DNA from: Glaucostegus cemiculus
Lineage: Eukaryota
Direction of reading: 5' to 3'
Assembly (NCBI GenBank): GCA_976551045.1
Contig: CDPCPM010000033.1
Location: 12,834,001 to 12,898,000, forward strand
Length of the DNA stretch: 64,000 nt
Below, piece by piece: positions 26,201 to 40,001 of the stretch. Within the stretch, counting starts at the first letter, position 1. The number at the start of each line of letters is the position of its first letter. The notes under the pieces were generated by a model. The model saw nothing but the letters and a program-made list of their open reading frames with translations, was not told the DNA's origin and did no database searches. The translations under genes and the position numbers were made by a program.

Positions 26201-27558
26201 TTCCTTTGCTGGGACTCCAGGAGCATCATCTCCTTTAGTAAGGATTGATGTAAAGTACAACATTTGAAGCTGATGTAAAGTAGCTCGGCCTTTGCCACCT
26301 TGAATACATTTTCTTTTTGATATTTGATCAGTCCCACTTCGCTTACAACCCCTTTTCTCTTAATTATCAACCTGGTTCTCACTTGTGTTGACAGGCTGAC
26401 ACCTGCCATGTATTCTTCCTTGCATTTTGTTTTATTCACTCTATTCCTGGTCATCCAGGGAGCTCTGGCTTTAATTTCTTTACCTTTTTTTTTAACTCAT
26501 GGGAATGTGCCAGGACTGTAGTTGAAGCATCTACATCTTAAAATTGTTCAATTTCAGTTTTGCCTGTCAAGGGATGATTCCAGCTTATTTGGACTATATC
26601 TGTTCTCTCCTTGTTGAAATTGGACTTCTAATTTATAATTAATTCTTTCTGCCTTGCAGCAGTCTATATTCTTCTCCATTGCAACTTTAAACCTTAAGAC
26701 ATTATCGTTACTGTTCCCTAGACATTCCCCCACTGTACCTGCTTGACTTAATTTGACTCATTTCCTAGAACCAAGTCAAGTGATTCCACCTTCCTCATTG
26801 GGTCAGAAACACACTGATCAAGAAAGTCCTCCTGAACACTCTCGGGAAGGTCTTCCCCACCTTTGCCCTTTATATTGTTGTTATCCCAGTGGATATTTGA
26901 AATTCTCCATTATTACCACTCTATGGCTTCTGCATACGTCTAACTTCCCTGCAAATCTGCTCTTCAATTTCCTTCCCACTAGTTGGCAGCCTACTGAATA
27001 GACCCAGTAGTGTAATCTTATCTCTATTGTTTCATAACTCTGAACAGATGGATTTTGTCCATGAGCATTCCAGGAATCGTCTCCATCTGGCACTACATTA
27101 TTCTCCTTCACCAGAGCTGCCCCTCCTATTCCTTTCTTCTTTTTCCTACTTATAAGGGAACATTTGTAACAGATCATTGCAAAGAAATAATATCAAATTG
27201 ATAAATCCCAAAGTGATTTTAATAGACTAAAATTGTAGTGTGTCATATTTCTAAAGTGATTGTAAAAGATCTAGGTGTGAGTTGATGAAATCTGTTACTC
27301 AGAGAGGAGCCGTGTTATGGAATGCACTGTCTGCAAAGTGTGGTATGTGCAGATTAAATTGTGTCCTTTGAGAGCAAATTGTGCAAATATATTTGTTGGA
27401 TAAGAACATAGTCTTTATAATCATTAACTATTGGGTGCCTTATGAAAGGAAAAAAATGTTTGGCAGGTACAGTAACAACTTTTAAAAGATGGTTGGACAG
27501 ATACATGGATAGGAAAAGTGTAGGAGAATATGAGCCAAACATAGGGAAATGAAAGTAG

Positions 27559-27837
27559 TGTAGCGGCTAGCTACACTATTAAGAAATGAGAATGCAGAGT
27601 CAGTAGTTCGAGGTCAGAAGTTGAATGAATGACCGGGATGTGGTGCCCCTTTTAATACTCAAACGTCCCATGCTACAGTTCCCGGACTGATGTCACGTGT
27701 GGGTCACCTGACCTACCCGCGCGCGGGCTTTCCTGGCCCAAGGATGAAGGAGGGCCCCGCGCCTTCTTGGGTCGGGGCCTCCGACAACACTCGTGACATT
27801 GGGAGCCGGTTCGGTACTGGTAAGGTAAGCCGCTACA
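27559..27837 (-). mobile_element. Solo LTR (probably Gypsy-type) inserted in a CR1 3' tail
   Basis: TG...CA ends with a 10-bp inverted repeat TGTAGCGGCT/AGCCGCTACA. 4-bp flanks gtag/ctag (near-perfect TSD). CpG-rich. TATA-like gtattaaaagggg on the minus strand near 27646-27658. Confidence 0.8.
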
Positions 27838-27929
27838 CTAGCTTTGATGGGCTATCTTGGTCAGCATGGACCATTTGGGCCAAAGGGCCTGTTTCCGTAC
27901 TATATTACGACTCTTCTGGAGGTTTGAGC

Positions 27930-28930
27930 ACGTGGAATTGGGTTAATATACTGGCATGAATTGAGAATTGGTTATCGGAGAGGAAGCAAAGTGGGAATCA
28001 ACAGATCGTTCACAGGTTGGCAGGGTGTGATGACTAAGCTACTGCAGGAATTGGTGCTGGGGCCCAGCTATTCATGTATATGATAATGATTTGGTTAGAA
28101 GGACCAATTGCCATATTTCCAAGTTTGCTGATGATACTAAAATAGGTGGGATTGTGAGTGGGAAAGAAGATGTGAAGAGGCTTCAAGGAGATGTGAATGA
28201 GTGGGTGAGAACATGGTAGATGGAATATAATAAAGAAATATGTAAGGTTATCCACCAGTGAACATAGAAAAGTTGAATATTTGTTAAAATATGAGCGATT
28301 GGGTAGTGTTAATGTAAAAGAGGAACCTAGGTATGATTGTACACAAGTCACTAAAGACTAGCATACAAGTACAGCAAGCAGTTATAAAAAGGGTAGATGG
28401 TAGGTTAGCCCTGATGACAAGAGGATTTGAGTATAAGAGTAATTTTTTATGGTCTTGGTAGACTGCACCTGGGGTATTGTGTACAGTTTTGAACTCCTCC
28501 TATAAGAAAACATGTAATTGCCATTGAGGAAGTGAAGCAAAGATTCACCAGAAAGGTTTCAAGGATGGTGGGTTTGCCTTGTGAGGAGAGATTGAGTTGA
28601 CTCGGATTGTATTCTCTAGCCTATAGAGAAAGAGAGAACAGGAAGCACATGATGGGTTTGGATGGAGGCAAGATATTTCTTACTCTGGTTTTTTCACTCA
28701 GAGGTGCCAAATGTTTGGAATTTTCTAACCCAAATGGCTATGGAGGGTCAGACATTGTGTTTATTAAAAATAGAAATCAATAGATTTGTGGGCATTAAGG
28801 GAAGTGAGGGGAAAAGGGGATAGTGCTTGAAAATAGCACTGAGGTAGACGATCAGCTATGATCTTAATGAATGGCTTGAAGGGCCAGACTCTTCAGAATG
28901 GGTTAAATGACCTTGTCCCTATTACTTGTA
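27930..28930 (+). mobile_element. Old degraded CR1 LINE (RT to 3' end)
   Basis: Remnants encode QE.VLGP.LF and (S)KFADDTK (ccaagtttgctgatgatactaaaataggtggg), followed by a CR1 tail. Confidence 0.75.
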
Positions 28931-29739
28931 TTCTTATTATCACATTCACTCTGGGACGGAAATCAATTCTCAATACTGCTCAAAGAAGAAAATGTTACAC
29001 GATGGAATTTCTAGACAACATTTCTACTGATCAGTTCAATGATACTGACACATGGGCTTTCCTTTGTAGACACAGAGATAAATAATGAAACTGTACTAAT
29101 GCAGTTCAATTAAAAATGCTTAGTTGGTACATAATGAAACATGAGAATTTGTGCTCAGAAATTGAAACTTAATCTTGATCAGGCCAAGTCTGCATTCCTA
29201 AGTAATAGATTTATGTTTATTTGTTGAAAGCATTCAATTGGGTTGAAGATTAAAGGATTTAAAATTTGGGGAAAATACTGCTGACTTATGGCAGAGATGA
29301 TTATTTTGTTTCAGCATGCTACTATTTGATATTTCAAAAGAATGTTGTGGCATTCTAATAAATTACAGATGTTTGTACAAAAAGTATGTTTCATGCAAAC
29401 TTAAAATTACAAAATTGTGCAAGAAACTGAAATTTAACCAACAGTACATAGAAAATCAACAAAAAGAACATTCTGTTTAATATTATTACATGATTGCAGA
29501 CTTTAGGCTGTAGCCTTCTAAGAAAACAGTGGGGACTTTTAGCCTGCTTGAAGTTATGCAACTGGAACTGACTGTTCATATGTTCTAACATAGGAGCAGG
29601 AGTAGGCCATCTGGTGCCTTAAGCCTGCTCCATCATGCAACAACTTAATGGCCGATAATCTACCTCAGCATTATTTACTTGCTGTACTCCATAACACTTG
29701 CCACAGCACTGAACACAGTGTTCCATTCTTTTCCCCCAG

Positions 29740-29859
29740 AAACTGATGATCAGGATGCAGTTCTGTGCCTGTACAAAACAGAAAACGATTGTGTCATGAG
29801 GTTTACTTACTCAGAACATATTAGCGGAAAATCTGTCCTTACTGCTCTGAAGGAACCAG
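29740..29859 (+). CDS. ITGB5: Integrin beta-5 coding exon (beta-tail domain; equivalent to human exon 13)
   Basis: Acceptor cttttcccccag|, donor CCAG|gttagt, 120 nt, phase 1 to 1. Encodes (K)[39 protein letters not shown]. Confidence 0.95.
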
Positions 29860-29947
29860 GTTAGTTGTTCTGTGTCATTAATATTGTCATGCACACATAT
29901 TACATACTTAATGTTGTTCTCTGTCTAACTCTTATCTCTCATATTAT

Positions 29948-32900
29948 AAACATAGAAGAGTACAGCACAGTACCGGCCCCATGATGTTGTGCCAACCTAT
30001 ATAAACTACTCTAGGATCGATCTAACCCATCTCTTCTACACAGCCGATAACGCTCCATTTTTCTGACATCCATGTGCCTAAAAGTCTTTTAAATGTCCCT
30101 ACTGTATCAGCCTCTACCACCAATCCCGGCAGTGCATTTTCAGGCACCCACCACTCTGTATTTAAAAAAAAAACTACCTCTGACATCTCTCCTAAACTTT
30201 CCTTCTCTGACCTTAAACTGATGGCCTCTGGTACCGGCCATTGACGCCCTGGGGAAAAGGAGCTCTCTGTCCACTCTATGCCTCTCATCCTACATTCTTT
30301 CAAAGAGAAAAGCCCTAGCTCACTCAACCTTTCCTCATAAGACATGTTCTCTAATCCAGGCAGCATCCTGGTAAATCTCCTCTGCACCCTCTCTAAAGCT
30401 TCCACATCCTTCCCATAATGAGGTGACCAAAACTGAACACAATCCTCTAAGTGTGGTCTAACCAGAGTTTTATAGAGCTGCAACATTACCTCGCAGCTCT
30501 TGAACTCGGTACCCCAACTAATGAAGGCCAGCACACCATACGCCTTTTTAACTACCCTATCAACTTGCACAGCAACTTTGAGGGATCTATGGACTTGGTC
30601 TCCAAGATACCTCTGTTCGTCCACACTGCTAAGAATCCTGCCATTAACCTTGTACTTTGCCTTCAAGTTCATTCCTCCAAAGTGTATTACTTCACACTTG
30701 TCTGAATTGAACTCTATCTGCTACTTCTCCGCCCAACTCTGCATCCTGTCTATATTCCCTGTGACCTACGACAACCTTCTACATTATCCACAACACCTCC
30801 AAACCTTGTGTCCTCTGCAAACTTACTAACCCATCACTCCACTTCGTCATCCAAGTCATTTATAAAAATCATAGAGCAGGAGTCCCGGAGCAGATCACTG
30901 TGGAACACTACTAGTCACCAACCTCCAGGCAGAATACTCTCCATCTGCTACCAACCTCTGCCTTCTGTGGACAAGCCAATTCTGAATCCACACAGCCAAG
31001 TCTCCATGGATCCCATGCCTCACGATTTTCTGATTGAGCCTACCATGTGGAACCTTGGCAAATGTTTTACTAAATTCCATATTCTGAAAATCCACTGCTC
31101 TACCTTCATCAATTTGTTTTGTCACCTCAAAGTTCAATTCGGCTCTTGAGGCCTGACCTGCCCCTCACAAAGCCATGCTGAGTATCCCTAATGTGACTAT
31201 ATACCTCACATTCATCAAAGTCTCTCTCCCTAGTGAACACTGAAGCAAAGTATTCCTTGAGGACATCCCCTACTTCTGCCTCCAGACACACTTCCCCCTT
31301 TATGCCTGAGCGGTCCGACCCTCACCCTAGTCATCCTCCTGTTCCTCACACACATGTAGAGCGCCGTGAGGATTTCCTTAATTCTACTTGCCAAGTCCTT
31401 CTCATGTCCCCTTCTAGCTCTCCCAATTCCCTTCTTAAGCTCCTTCCTGGCTACCTGATAATTCTCAAGAGCCCTGCCAGATTTTTTGCTTCCTAAACCT
31501 TAAGTATGCTTCCTTCTTCCTCTTGACTAAATGTTCCACCTCTCTTGTCAATCATGGTTCCTTCACTGTACCATCCTTTCCCTGTCTCAGTGGAACAAAC
31601 CTATCCAGAACCCCATGCAAGTGGTCCCCAAAAAAGCTTCCACATTTCTGCTGTGCATTTTCCTGGAAGCATCTGTTCCCAATTTACACTTCCAAATTCC
31701 TGCCTAATACCATTGTAATTATTTCCTCCCCCAATTAAAAATGTTCCCATATCATCTGCTTCTGTCATTGTCCATAACTATGCTAAAGGTCAGGTAGTTC
31801 TGGTCCCTATCTCAGAAATGCTCACCCACTAAGAGGTCTGTCACCTCACCAGGTTTATTGCCTAGTACCTGATTCAGTATGGCCTCTCCTCTTGTTGGTC
31901 TGTCCACATACTGTGTCAGGATCCTTCCTGGACACACCTAACAAATTCTGCCCTATGTAATCCTTCTACACTAAGGAGATGCCAATCAATATTAGGGAAA
32001 TTTAAGTCACCTACGTCAACAACTCTGTTATTTTTACACCTTTCCACCATCTGCCTACTTATCTGCTTCTTGGTGTACCGGTTGCTATTGGGGGGGCCCA
32101 TAGAATACTCCCAATAGAGTGATCGCTCCCTTCTTGTTTCTGACTTCCACCCACACTGACTCTGTAGATGATCCCTCCATGACATCCTCCCTTTCTGCAG
32201 CTGTGATACTCTCTGATTAGCAATGCCACTCCCCCCCACACACCTCTTCTACCTCCCTCCCTATCCCTTTTGAAACATCTAAACTCCGGAAGATAGAACA
32301 TAGAACGTTACAGCACAGTATAGGCCCTTCAGCCCATGATGTTATGCCGACATTTTATCATGCTTTAAGATGTATCTAACCCTCCCTCCCACATAGCCCC
32401 CCATTTCTCTATCATTCATGTGTCCATCGAAGAGTCTCTTAAATGTCCCTAACATCAAGTAGCCAGTCCTGCCCTTACAACAGCCAAGTATCTGTTATGG
32501 CCACAACAATGTAATTCCACGTACATCACCCTTACTCTTAATACTTCTTGAATTGTAGTAAACACATTTCAACCCATCTAACTGACTACATTTATGCCCT
32601 GTCCACTGCCTATCCTTGCTCACTGTCTCTCTGCACATGCATCTAACTTTACACCAACAGTTCTAGCAAACCTGCCTGCAAGGACATTGGTCCCTGTCAA
32701 GTTCAGGTGTAACCTGTCCCTTTTGTCATACCTTCCCCAGAAGAGATTCCAGTGATCCACAAATCTGAAATACTTCCCCCTACATCAACTCTTCAGCTGT
32801 GCATTTGTCTGCCATATTTTCCTATTATTACCCTCACTGGTGCGTGGCAGCAATCCAGAGATTACTAGCCTTGAGGTCCTGCTTTACAGCTTCCTTCCTA

Positions 32901-33012
32901 ACTCACTATATTCCCTCTTCAGGACCTCACCCCTTTTCCTATCTATGTCATTGGTACCAATGTGTACCATGACTTCTGGTTGCTCACTCTCCCCTTTAAG
33001 AATGCTGTGGAC
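29948..33012 (-). mobile_element. CR1 LINE with ORF1 esterase, APE and RT remnants; internal deletions; short CR1 tail nested at about 32292-32451
   Basis: ORF1 SGNH-like VHIGTNDIDR (about 32940-32970). APE region VGDLNFPNIDW (ORF 31916-32239). RT FSKTFAKVPHGRL..VPQ and LYKTLVRPHLE.CVQFWSPH. Confidence 0.9.
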
Positions 33013-34992
33013 TCTATATATTATCTGAGACAGAGATCCAATATTTTATTTTATTCTGCACGCAAGTCATAATCGCAGATGTGTTTGAAATATGTGTAGA
33101 ATAAAAATTAAAGTAAATGGAGATAAATTCATGAATTCAGTACTCTGCAGTGATACTTCAGTATTCTCCATTTCTCAGCAGACTGTGTTGAATCATTCTT
33201 TTTTTTATTGTTCTGCTTTATGTGTGACCCACAAGTTGTTATTTTGGATTTCTTAACTTTTGCTTCATTTAAGTTTTAAATGAATTATAAAATTCTTAAT
33301 CCTCAAGATGTTGAATATCACACTTGCAAATATTGCAAAAGGAGGATTCATCTGCTGAGCTGAAGGTAGTGTTTTTAACATACGAGTCAGATAGTTGTGG
33401 ATTCAAATCTCATTTCAAGAAATGACATTTGGACTCCAGTACTATGCTTCCGGAGTGTTATCCTTTGAATAAGATAGTCAACCAGAGACACACCCTTGAT
33501 AATGTAAATATTAACTATCCCATGGTAAACAACAAAAAAAAAGTTAATCATTCATCTCAATTTTTCCAACTAATATTGATCTGCGTAAAACAAAAACAAA
33601 TATTTGTGTTGAACTTTGGATGTCAGTTTGGGAAGTTATTTGCAGACACATCTAGCTTTTGATTTTTTTTCTGCTGTTACAAATTATAAAATTTCAGTTT
33701 ATGTTGTCAACATCCCAGCTGATGGAAATCCCAGACTATCATGTGAAAAGAAACTAAAGAATCCTCAACACCTCAACTACCCTAATAGTTTTCAAAAGCT
33801 CCAACACTACCTCTTTCTTCTCAACATGCTCTAGCACAGTAGCCTGTTCTACACTGAACACCCCATAACAAATAAAAGTGAAGATCCCAATCCATGCTAT
33901 AGCTACTTAAGTAGTTTTTTTTAAATGTAGAATTACAGTTGATTTCTACAGCTACAAATTAAGTTGCTGAAAAGTTAGCTAGGTTTTGATTGTACAATAA
34001 CACTCAGTAAATCCACATCCTGTTGTATTCCTGGTCACTCTGTCATCTGCTTTCCCAATGCTTGACCAATCAATTGTGCTTTCTTGTCACTATGCTTGTA
34101 AATATTTTCCCTTTTTTCTGGTATTATTCTTGACTCTTAAAGGTTGCAGTTTATACAGCAATTTCCATCTTTTTTCATTACTGTGCTACCTCAAACATGC
34201 TTTTCCTGCCCTCATTGCCAACACTGTGTTTAACACCTGCTGCTCATCAACTCTAAATTTGTCAAATCTATTTTCCGTCCAAGGTTCTTACTCGCGTGTT
34301 TCCAATTTAGACAGTACATGTTTAAGAATGTTCTTTCCTTCTCCTACAAAATAATTTCTGGAAATTTAACCCTTTGGCACCATCTACATGTCTTCTCTCA
34401 TTGCCATAATTTATTAGCCATCTTCTACATTAATGTTGACAACCACTTACATTCCTGGCTTTACCACTCTCATTCCTTCACTAGACTCACTGTATGGTCA
34501 GACTTTTGTTCCACTATTAAAGTGGAGACAGAATTTTATCTAACTGAATAATAGAAAGATTGAAGCCATTGTTTTTCACCCATGTCAAATCGTACCAAAT
34601 ACTTGCTCCTGCTCCTAAGCCACTTACTGAGCATATTAGGTTCACAGTCAGGTTTCAAAAACACATATCTAACCATCAAGGACAATCAGCATTGTTATTA
34701 AATATTGGCCTCACCAATCACTCAACATTCTTAAAGTCCTTTCAAGAACTGGCATCTCTCATTCTCCGTGAATCAGCTTGGGAGATTTACATTTTGTTAA
34801 AGATGCTAAATAAGGGCCATCTTAGGGTTTTTTTTAACTGCCAATAATGGTAATAACGTTTTGCAGTAAAGGGATACTAGAAGTAGATTAAAGGCTACTA
34901 TTTGCATGATACTAGAATTTGACATCTGCATTTGCAGAAATAAGATGGACTTATTCATCTATCATATTTACTGACTTGCTCTTATTTTACAG

Positions 34993-35159
34993 ACTGTGCA
35001 AGTGAAACTGATCCAGTGACAGTACTGATAGCAGTAGTTGGTAGTATTTTGGCAGTGGGCATTGCTTTGCTTGCCATTTGGAAACTGATTGTGACTATTC
35101 ATGACAGGCGAGAATTTGCCAGATTTCAAAATGAACGATCCAGAGCCCGATACGAGATG
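34993..35159 (+). CDS. ITGB5: Integrin beta-5 coding exon (transmembrane helix and membrane-proximal tail; equivalent to human exon 14)
   Basis: Acceptor cttattttacag|, donor ATG|gtaaga, 167 nt, phase 1 to 0. Encodes (D)[55 protein letters not shown], with the integrin WKL..HDRRE motif. Confidence 0.96.
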
Positions 35160-36172
35160 GTAAGATTTTTGTTATGCCTCGTACTTTTGTGAGATGAATA
35201 ATCGCTACAGAAATAACTGAACCAAAAAAACATTGGCAGGGATTTAATGCACTTTGAGCACAGGGCCAAAAATCTACAATGCATCTAAGTGATTCACAAA
35301 CAGTAAGAACAGAGAGCACTGTGAGCCTGCAAACAGGCTTTGCATTAGGTATATTGGGTTTTAACGCCTTGTAGCAAAGGAGACTCGTGCCATTATTATG
35401 AAGAGTTTCAGTGTCTGTTCAGACCTCTAGTGCAACTTAAAATAGATCGCTTGTATAAATAAAGCTAAGGCTGCTGGTTCCCAGGAAGCATTTCTTTCCT
35501 TGCTAGAGCCTGGTGTCTCATAAATGACATACACAAGTCCGTTCTATGGGTGAACCTTCAGAGCCCCCCAAAAAATTCCTGTCATGATTCTGGTTTAAAC
35601 TAGTGAAGCCTACCAAAAAATCATTGGACTTGAGTTGCACCAGATTTATTGTCTGAGTTTGTTCCGATATCCTGGGCAAGGAGGCAAATGATGTTAGGGG
35701 CCAAAACCAAGGGGAGGAGCCCCTGCAATGGTAGTTTCCATTTGTCTGACTGAATCTTGTCCCAGCAAAATACTAGAGGCTGGTTGCAAGTAAAAATGAA
35801 ACAACAGCTTCAGGTATATGTCCAGGCAATGGGAAACAAATGGTCAGGATCCTCGAGGGATCCTCGATGAATTTCCACCACATAGTGACAATCCACATAT
35901 TATCAAGGAATCAGTTTGTTGTGCCAGCCTGTCTCTGTGAAGTAGATTCCTTCCCAGTAACCAGTTTGTTCAGTCCCTGAATGGCACAGACAGGAATGAT
36001 TAAGTAGCTGGGATTGTGTGGTTGAGGCATTAAGACGTGATTAACTCATTCCTGTAAATAAGGTTGTTGGTAGAAGTGGGATTTAAGACTTAATCCAGAA
36101 GTTTAAAGTGATCGTGATTGGAAACTGATGATAATTCTGGAATACTGTACTGGAAAGAGACATATCTGCCTG

Positions 36173-36440
36173 ATTTTAAATTTATAAATTTAAATTTAAA
36201 TTTATTTACAGCGTGGTAACAGGCCCTTTCGGCCCAACAAGACCGTGCCGCCCATTCTAAACCCCCCAAATTAACCTACCCGTACGTCTTTTAGAATGTG
36301 GGAGGAAACCGGAGCACCCGGAGGAAACCCACGCAGACCTGGGAGAACGTACAAACTCCTTACAGTCAGCGACGGGAGTCGAACCCCGATCGCTGGCGCT
36401 GTAACAGCGTCGCGCTAACCGCTACGCTATCGTGCCGCCC
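36173..36440 (-). mobile_element. Young full-length V-SINE (HE1-like)
   Basis: Intact A box tagcgtagcgg, B box ggttcgactcc and V-domain. Nearly all CpGs are retained. (aaattt)n tail. Confidence 0.92.
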
Positions 36441-36904
36441 AGGTACCATGAGGGCAAATGAGCTGAATATTTTGTTTGATAATTTTAAACACCTAGTAAT
36501 CCATGAAAATGGCAAGTCTTGGGTGAGAATGAGATACATTATCTGGTGAGCCAGATGCCAAACCATCGGGATTTCCAAATAGTCAAATAGCGGATTATCA
36601 GAGATTTACTGTACTTATTTGAATAAATATTGACAAACAATGCATTGTTCTTTATTTGGCATTGAGGTGAAAATTTCTCCAGGCATGTGGCTCATATGCT
36701 ATATGTACAGTATATTGGTCATTATGTTTAATTTTTACCTATGGTTGATGTTTAAAATGTGTATCAGTCAGTTTATAGTAATAACGTTCTCATGGCTTAG
36801 TTTCCATTGAACATCATCTTTCTCTTAATTCAGCTCTAGCTTTTTGAGTCTTGTCAACTAATAATTTACTTCACTGAAAGTGAAATCATGTATGTTTTCC
36901 ACAA

Positions 36905-38850
36905 GTTTACCAAGGTACAGAGAGCTAGGTAATGTTAGAGATCTGGAAGAGTACAAGACTAAAAGGAAGGGACTTAAGAAAGAGATTAGGAGAGCCAGAA
37001 GGGGACATGAGAAGGCCTTGGCAGGCAGGATTAAGAAAAAACCCAAGGCATTCTCAAGTATGTGAAGAGTAAGAGGATGAGATGCGAAAGGATACGGCCT
37101 ATCAAGTGGGAAAGTGTGTATGGATCCGGAAGAAATAGCAGAGGTACTTAGTGAATACTGACATAAAGTATTCATTACGGAAAAGGATCTAGGGAATTGT
37201 ATTGGGGGTTTGAAGCGGCCTGAAAAGATTGAGAGTGTAGATATTAGAAAAGAGGTGATGCTGAAACTTTTGGAAAGCATCAAGTTAGATAAGTCACCAG
37301 GACCGGATGAGATGTACCCCAGGTTGCTGTGGGAGGCGAGGGAGGAGATTGCAGAGCCTCTGACGATGATCTTTGCGTCGTCGATGGAGATGGGAGAGGT
37401 TCTGGGAGATTGGGGAGTTGCAGATGTTGTTCCCTTATTCAAGAAGGGGAGTAGGGATAGCCTGGGGAATTATAGACTGGTGAGTCTTACCTCAGTGGTT
37501 GGTAAGCTGATGGAGAGGATCCAGAGAGGCAAGATTTATGAACATTTGGAGAGGTATGGTATGATTAGGAATAGCCAGCATGGCTTTGTCAAGGGCAGGT
37601 CCTGTCTTACGAGCCTGATTGAATTTTTTGAGGATGTGACTAAGCACATCGATGAAGGGAGAGCAGTAGATGTAGTGTATATGGTTTTCAGCAAGGCATT
37701 TGATAAGGTGCCCCATGCAAGGCTTATGGAGAAGGTGAGGAGACATGGGATCCAAGGAGACATTGCAGTGTGGATCCAGAACTGGCTGGCCCACAGCTGG
37801 CAAAGAGTGGTTGTTGAAGGGTTGTATTCTGAGTGGAGGTCAGTGACCAGTGGTGTGCCTCAGGGGTCTGTACTGGGACCCTTACTCTTTGTGATTTTTA
37901 TAAACAACCTGGATGAGGAAGTGGAAGGGTGGGTTAGTAGGTTTGCAGATGACACGAAGGTTGGGGGTGTTGTGGATAGTTTGGAGGGCTGTCAGAGGTT
38001 ACAGAGGGACATAGCTAGCATGCAGAGTTGGGCTGAGAAGTGTCAGATGCAGTTCAACCCAGATAAATGTGAAGTGGTTCATTCTGGTAGGTCGAATAGG
38101 TTGGCAAAATATAGCATTAACGGTAGGATTCTTGACAGTGTGGTGGATCAGAGGGATCTTGGGGTCCGAGTCCATAGGACGCTCAAGTCAGCTGTGCAGG
38201 TTGACTCTGTGGTTAAGAAGGCAGATGGTGTATTGTCCTTCATCAGCCGCGGGATTGAATTTAGGAGCTGAGAGGTATTGCTTCAGATATATAGGTCCCT
38301 AGTCAGATCCCACTTGGAGTATTATGCTCAATTCTGGTTGCCTCACTACAGGAAAGATGTGGAAGCCATAGAGAGGGTGCAGAGGAGGTTTATGAGGATG
38401 CTGCCTGGAATGCAGAGCATGCCTTATGAAAGCAGGTTGCGGGAACTCGTCCTTATCTCCTTGGAGAGAAGGAGGATGAGGGGGGACCTGATAGAGGTAT
38501 ATAAGATGATGAGAGGTATTGATCGGGTAGTTAGTCAGAGGCTTTTCCCCAGGGCTGAAATGGTGGCCACAAGAGGACATAGGTTTAAGGTGCTGGGGGG
38601 AAGATACAGGGGAGATGTTAGGGGTAAGTTTTTTACTCAGAGAGTGGTGAGTGCGTGGAATGGGCTGCTGGAGATGGTGGTGGAGGCGGATACGATAGGG
38701 TCTTTCAAGAGACTGTTAGATAGGTATATGGAGCTAAGTAAAATAGAGGGCTATGGGTAAGCCTAGTAATTTCTAGTGTAGGGACATGTTTGGCACAGCT
38801 TTGTGGGCCGAAGGGCCTGAATTGTGTTGTAGGTTTTCTATGTTTCTATG
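36905..38850 (+). mobile_element. 5'-truncated CR1 (HER1-like) LINE with a near-intact RT
   Basis: ORF 37210-38271 ([53 protein letters not shown]), continuing at 38278-38760 after one stop. Tail (tttctatg)n. Confidence 0.96.
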
Positions 38851-40001
38851 TCTGTTTGAACTGAAAGAAACAGCTAGATGTAGACAGGTGTTGGTAAAAG
38901 GGGTGGTGACACAAGCTGGTAATAATGAATTTGCCATTCACTCCATCTTGTCTTATTTATCCAGATGCAACACCCAGGTTCCACTCAACATGACTAGCTC
39001 CTTAGTGAGACTAAGATTTTCACCCCAATGCTGTACCAACAGACTTTCAAATACTAATCAATGTTTACAAGGAAGTTCTTCTTGGTGTTGGTCCTTTAAT
39101 CATACTGATTTGCTTAGTGTTCCATTTTACTTGAAAACTATGTTCTGGTTGAATATGACAAGTAACATTTCATTATTTGTGCACTTTAAAAAAAAAACAC
39201 ACAAGAAAATGAGCAAGCACACAGAACAAGTATCCAGCATTGAATGAGGCCAAGTGAGTGAGTTTTTTTGAAAAGTGCACAACTACTGAAATGATTTCCA
39301 TGTACCAGTTCCACGTCTTTAATTTTTGTTTTTGGCTATTAACAAGAGGTTAAGGGATCTTGGTTAAAGATATATAAATCACCCTAAACAGTGATGCACA
39401 TTAATAATGTCATTAATGAAATACCAACTAAGTACCAAAGTTTATTTCTAGAACTGAAAAGGAGAGAAGTTATGCAATGCTCAGAATCCCAGTTAGGCTG
39501 TACCTGTACCACAGTGCAGTGCTGGTTTCCATATTATTAAAGGGCATATGGAGGCATTAAAGTAGTTGCAAAAACAAAATCGCAATGATGATACCTAGTT
39601 ATAACTATCAGGAAAGACTGAATAAGCTGGATCACATTCATCTTGAAGTAAAGCTGAACTATGTCCTGATTGGGGTCAAGCAAGAAGCAAAAAGTATATG
39701 AAAAAGACTAATGAATTCATTAGGAAATTGAAGAGGACTTATTTTCATAGAGTGAAGGTACAGGGAACACTCAGCCCCAAGTAATGTTTGAGAAAATGGC
39801 ACAAGTGGTCTTAAAATGTAGCTGGATAAGTATGAGGGAAGAAAAGATTAGAATTGGATGCCCAACTGCTAAAAGTCACTGAGACTAAATGCCACCGCAC
39901 AAGTGTAGTTTTATTTATTGATGCAGCAGTTTTGGTGAAACAAAAACTACTGCAATAAACTTTACTATCCCAATATTTAAAAACTTTCCTTTTCCTTTCA
40001 G

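Noticed and set aside
36370-36440. tRNA gene (A and B boxes)
   Set aside because: It continues directly into the V-domain and LINE-like tail and is multi-copy, so it is a SINE head.
37210-38760. Active reverse-transcriptase gene or retron-like system
   Set aside because: An ordinary 5'-truncated CR1 with an internal stop, upstream frameshifts and no endonuclease domain.
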